From Pseudomonadota bacterium (lineage in GTDB: Bacteria > Pseudomonadota > Gammaproteobacteria > Legionellales > Legionellaceae), in the NCBI GenBank assembly GCA_021849905.1, contig JAJZSG010000001.1, positions 1 to 38,408 of the forward strand: DNA of 38,408 nucleotides, in the 5' to 3' direction. The notes below the pieces were generated by a model. It was not told the DNA's origin, made no database searches, and saw only the letters and a program-made list of their open reading frames with translations. Each line of letters starts with the position of its first letter. Within the stretch, counting starts at the first letter, position 1. Positions 35,263 to 38,408 of the stretch are shown in pieces. A program made the position numbers and the translations under genes.

Positions 35263-36780
35263 TCATTTTTTTTTGACCATCAAAAAAATACCAATATTTT
35301 TTATTTCATCTCTTATATCAGAGTGAATACTATATTTAACCCACCCACCCCGCCCTACTTTTTGATCTGACCTAATAATAAGTCCAGCGCTTGCTAATCT
35401 GAATAACGTATTTTTTAATGATTTCTTATTTACACCGGATAGCATCGAAATTTCATTTAACGTAAGTTCTTTTGTTGTAACTAAATCATTCAGTTGTATG
35501 TTTTTATACAGCGCTAGAATTATGTCTCTTTGATTTCCTATCAATTGGGAAAATTTTATCACAGGTAGAGAAAGATCTTTATTTTTGTTTGGCTCCGAAG
35601 AGCTAATATCTAAGAACCTATTTTGAAACGTGTGTGAACCATTGGTGAATTCCGGTTGTACCAAACCGTGAACCTGCTCTACTGGATCAAAAGACAAATG
35701 TGACTCGTGACTTGTGAACCGTTTGTGAACCGTTTGCAAACCATTGCTGAGCTCCGGCTGTGCCAAATCATATAGCTTTTCTACTGGATCAGAAGACGTA
35801 TCTGACTCATGACTTGTGAACCGCTTGTGAACCGTTTGTGAACCATTGTTGAGCTCCGGCTGTGCCAAATCATATAGCTTTTCTACCGGATCAGAAGACG
35901 TATCTGACCCATGATTTGTGAACCGCTTGTGAACCGTTTGCAAACCATTGCTGAGCTCCGGCTGTGCCAAATCTTGAAGCCTGTTCACTGGGTCAGAAGA
36001 GGTATCTGACTCATGACTTGTGAATCGCTTGTGAACCGTTTGTGAACCATTGTTGAGCTCCGGCTGTGCCAAATCATATAGCTTTTCTACTGGATCAGAA
36101 GACGTATCTAACTCATGACTTGTGAACCGATTGTGAACCGTTTGTGAACCATTATTGAGTTCCGGCTGTGCCAAATCATATAGTTTTTCTACTGGTTCTG
36201 AAGACGTATCTGACTCATGACTTGTGAACCGATTGTGAACCGTTTGTGAACCATTAATGAACTCCGGCTGTGCCAAATCATATAGCTTTTCTACTGGTTC
36301 TGAAGACGTATCTGACTCATGATCTGTGAACCGTTTGTGAGCCGTTTGTGAACCATTATTGAGTTCCGGCTGTGCCAAATCATATAGCTTTTCTACTGGT
36401 TCTGAAGACGTATCTGACTCATGACTTGTGAACCGATTGTGAACCGATTGTGAACCATTAATGAACTCCGGCTGTGCCAAATCATATAGCTTTTCTACTG
36501 GTTCTGAAGACGTATCTGAGTCATGATTTGTGAACCGATTGTGGACCGTTTTCAAACCATTACTGAGCTCCGGCTGTGCCAAATCTTGAAGCATTTTCAC
36601 TGGATCAGAAGACGTATCTGACTCATGATTTGTGAACCGTTTGTGAACCGTTTGTGAACCGTTATCATTTCCAATTATATTATCAAAAAAATGAGATTCG
36701 CGAAAAACTCGATCTTGATTCTTTTTTGGTAATTGGCGCTCTTTTGTGTATAAATCAAAAGCTCCTTTTTTAATAGCCAT
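35263..36780 (-). CDS. ParB-position repeat protein: short basic N-terminus, about 10.3 tandem 34-aa acidic repeats, C-terminal winged-helix domain
   Basis: Its ATG overlaps the parA stop (TAATG). The repeat unit is NGSQTVH(K/N)RFT(S/N)HESDTSS(E/D)PVEKLYDLAQPEL. The C-terminus LTLNEISMLSGVNKKSLKNTLFRLASAGLIIRSDQKVGRGGWVKYSI is MarR/ArsR-like wHTH. No ATG exists that could express the wHTH part alone. Confidence 0.7.
   Translation of the reverse strand: MAIKKGAFDLYTKERQLPKKNQDRVFRESHFFDNIIGNDNGSQTVHKRFTNHESDTSSDPVKMLQDLAQPELSNGLKTVHNRFTNHDSDTSSEPVEKLYDLAQPEFINGSQSVHNRFTSHESDTSSEPVEKLYDLAQPELNNGSQTAHKRFTDHESDTSSEPVEKLYDLAQPEFINGSQTVHNRFTSHESDTSSEPVEKLYDLAQPELNNGSQTVHNRFTSHELDTSSDPVEKLYDLAQPELNNGSQTVHKRFTSHESDTSSDPVNRLQDLAQPELSNGLQTVHKRFTNHGSDTSSDPVEKLYDLAQPELNNGSQTVHKRFTSHESDTSSDPVEKLYDLAQPELSNGLQTVHKRFTSHESHLSFDPVEQVHGLVQPEFTNGSHTFQNRFLDISSSEPNKNKDLSLPVIKFSQLIGNQRDIILALYKNIQLNDLVTTKELTLNEISMLSGVNKKSLKNTLFRLASAGLIIRSDQKVGRGGWVKYSIHSDIRDEIKNIGIFLMVKKK
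35611..36660 (+). repeat. Tandem 102-bp repeats (about 10.3 units), each carrying up to three TGTGAACC boxes at 11-bp spacing
   Basis: 25 perfect TGTGAACC copies start at 35633, 35713, 35724, 35815, 35826, 35837, 35917, 35928, 36030, 36041, 36121, 36132, 36143, 36223, 36234, 36245, 36325, 36347, 36427, 36438, 36449, 36529, 36631, 36642 and 36653. In-register one- or two-mismatch variants also occur (TGCAAACC, TGTGAATC, TGTGAGCC, TGTGGACC). Confidence 0.95.
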
Positions 36781-37829
36781 TAGACTGCCTCATTTTCATT
36801 GGCTAACAAAACATCTACAAAACCTTGCGAAACACCATTTACTCGACTCCATTCCTCGCTAATTAGATGATAATACTCTTCAGCTGGCGTTGATCCCGGT
36901 GCATACTCTATGATTGTTTGCTTTGACATTAAAGCTTCCTCCCACTTAACTGATTTACGTATGGGAGTAGCTATCATGTAATCAACGTATCTATTTAGAT
37001 AGGTGGCACTTATTTGTTGACTTAAAGAACTTCTTTCAAGTGCTGTACTGAACATTATTAAATTTTGATTTTCAAGCTTCATTGCCTCTTGAAAGTCCCA
37101 AATATTTTGCATGTTAGTAGCTGAGGCGTTATATGCCAAAAGATTGCACCCGAGCGGCATAATAATAGAGGAAGAGACCATAATAGAATTCTCAACCAAA
37201 TGGTTCCATGTTGGACTGTTGTCAAAAATAACAACTTCATAATCAGCTAGTTTAGATATTAATTTGTCAACGAATATATATTCTCGTCTTTTCTCATGAG
37301 ACATCCATTTGTCTAACTTCACTAAATCATGCGTTTCAGGGATAAAATCCAAAGTAGGCAGAGAAGTCGGATGAATTATTTCGCTCAAATCTGCATTTTG
37401 ACAAAAATAATGATAAAGTCCTTTTCCCTGTTTAAAATCATCTAGCCTGATAAGTTCTTGCTGAGGAATAATAATGTCAGTAATAGAACATTCTGGATCT
37501 AATCCGATTAATAATACTTTTATTCCATTTAATGCCAGAGTACGAGCACGATTGTAACTAGTTGTTGTTTTATAAACTCCACCCTTCTGCATGTATGTAC
37601 ACAATATTTTTTGCTTAATGGGTGATTTTAAAAATCCAAACTTTTTACCTATTTGTGGCAGTTGGGCTAAATCCCAGATTCTGGTTGAAATTTTTCCTCT
37701 AGCCTCTCTCTCTGCTACAGGGATTTCACCTCTTTCCTCCGCATTATAAAGCGTTTGAACAGATTTATAACGATTATCCATTTTGAATAATTTTCTAATA
37801 TCAGAGTTTGTCCAAGTCATTTGCTCCAT
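36780..37829 (-). CDS. parA: ParA/SopA-type partition ATPase with N-terminal HTH extension
   Basis: 349 aa with deviant Walker A MQKGGVYKTTT. There is an N-terminal extension of about 75 aa (SDIRKLF...LYNAEERGEIPVAER) as in type Ia ParA. Confidence 0.9.
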   Translation of the reverse strand: MEQMTWTNSDIRKLFKMDNRYKSVQTLYNAEERGEIPVAEREARGKISTRIWDLAQLPQIGKKFGFLKSPIKQKILCTYMQKGGVYKTTTSYNRARTLALNGIKVLLIGLDPECSITDIIIPQQELIRLDDFKQGKGLYHYFCQNADLSEIIHPTSLPTLDFIPETHDLVKLDKWMSHEKRREYIFVDKLISKLADYEVVIFDNSPTWNHLVENSIMVSSSIIMPLGCNLLAYNASATNMQNIWDFQEAMKLENQNLIMFSTALERSSLSQQISATYLNRYVDYMIATPIRKSVKWEEALMSKQTIIEYAPGSTPAEEYYHLISEEWSRVNGVSQGFVDVLLANENEAV

Positions 37830-37839
37830 TTATTCAGCC

Positions 37840-37878
37840 TTGTATGTTTTTATTTTTTAATAACACAAAAACATACAA
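37840..37878. promoter_or_regulatory. Inverted repeat TTGTATGTTTTT - 15 nt - AAAAACATACAA immediately upstream of parA
   Basis: Perfect 12-bp arms, 11-49 nt upstream of the parA ATG. This is the position of the autoregulatory operator in type Ia par operons. Confidence 0.5.
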
Positions 37879-37968
37879 TGTCACAGCAAAATGACATCGT
37901 CAAGATAAAACAAACAAGACATCAAAAAAAATATTTTTTAATGTTTTTTCCTTTTTTTGCAAATTGAT

Positions 37969-38194
37969 TGTGAACCATTATTAACACGAGCAGATGAACC
38001 AATTGTGAACCATTAACGCTAATAATTTGTGAACCGATTGTGAACCATTGATTAATAGTGCAAACCTAATAAGAGCTGTATTGATTGGTAGTTTATCAAC
38101 AAACACATATAAAGCATTTGTGAACCATTAAAAAAATAATTTGTGAACCACTTGTGAACCATTAAAAAAATAATTTGTGAACCATTTGTGAACC
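37969..38194 (+). repeat. Iteron/centromere-like array: 9 perfect TGTGAACC boxes (mostly tTGTGAACCATT), three pairs at 11-bp spacing, separated by A-rich tracts
   Basis: Boxes start at 37969, 38004, 38028, 38039, 38119, 38142, 38153, 38176 and 38187. All are in the same orientation as the intragenic boxes. The 34-bp unit cattaaaaaaataatttgtgaaccaYttgtgaac is repeated. Confidence 0.85.
38093..38101 (+). promoter_or_regulatory. DnaA-box-like 9-mer TTATCAACA (one mismatch to TTATCCACA)
   Basis: Lies between the two clusters of TGTGAACC boxes. A single 9-mer with a mismatch is weak evidence. Confidence 0.2.
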
Positions 38195-38334
38195 ATTAAT
38201 ATTAAATAATCACCTATGAATCAATGGGTTAAAACAATATTTGGAGTTGACTGCATAAATTATTCAATGTAGTTTTAATTTATAGTCACTGCTAGATGAT
38301 AAAAAAATTGGAATACTAAAAAAAAATGATTCGC

Positions 38335-38360
38335 TATGAAGGGTTTGCCGACCCTTCATA
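38335..38360. other. Perfect 10-bp stem hairpin (tatgaagggt-ttgccg-acccttcata)
   Basis: Read directly from the sequence. On the minus strand a run of 9 T begins 8 nt after the stem, so it may be a terminator for a gene entering from beyond the right edge. Confidence 0.3.
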
Positions 38361-38408
38361 ACCGATAAAGCAAATAACATGGAACAAAACTAAAGATAAA
38401 GATCGGAA

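Noticed and set aside
35611-36660. Could the 102-bp tandem array be a CRISPR array?
   Set aside because: The units are contiguous and near-identical, with no unique spacers between them. There are no cas genes, and the array stays in one open reading frame.
35611-36660. The 34-aa repeat length recalls TAL-effector repeats
   Set aside because: Only the length matches. There is no LTPxQVVAIAS-type consensus or hypervariable di-residue position, and the repeats are acidic and Ser-rich.

Overview
This window is most of an F-type (MPF-F/MOB-F) conjugative element, probably a plasmid backbone. I saw no integrase, tRNA, rRNA, IS element or CRISPR array. The layout from left to right is as follows. 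(1) 1-2.2 kb is a very AT-rich accessory patch with an AlbA_2/Schlafen-like protein, a small possible transglutaminase-fold protein and a truncated SDR remnant. (2) 2.2-2.8 kb holds a candidate oriT with helically phased repeats plus a traM-like gene. (3) 2.8-27.6 kb is one long, translationally coupled minus-strand operon: traA-L-E-K-B-V-C-trbI-traW-U-(orf152)-trbC-traN-F-trbB-traH-G-(traS-position orf)-traD-traI. The TraI here carries an extra C-terminal primase-like/Toprim domain. (4) 27.6-32.96 kb is a control region. It contains small secreted proteins, traT, two paralogous ~65-aa proteins, an apparently frameshifted csrA-like gene, a phage lambda O/P-like gene pair, and a divergent CI/LexA-like repressor with two palindromic operators. 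This arrangement resembles the lvrRABC modules of Legionella mobile elements, but that attribution is tentative. (5) 32.9-38.2 kb is an AT-rich block carrying parA, a 505-aa repeat protein, asparaginase, orf172 and a VUT-family transporter, all on the minus strand. The most unusual signal is in block 5. The 8-mer TGTGAACC occurs 25 times (perfect copies) inside the 505-aa ParB-position gene, in triplets spaced 11 bp apart. As a result it falls in all three codon phases of a 34-aa (102-bp) protein repeat. The same 8-mer occurs 9 more times, same orientation and same 11-bp pairing, in the AT-rich region upstream of parA. This suggests a centromere or iteron array written into the coding sequence of the protein that probably binds it. 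All functional calls come from by-eye motif recognition and gene order. No database search was possible.
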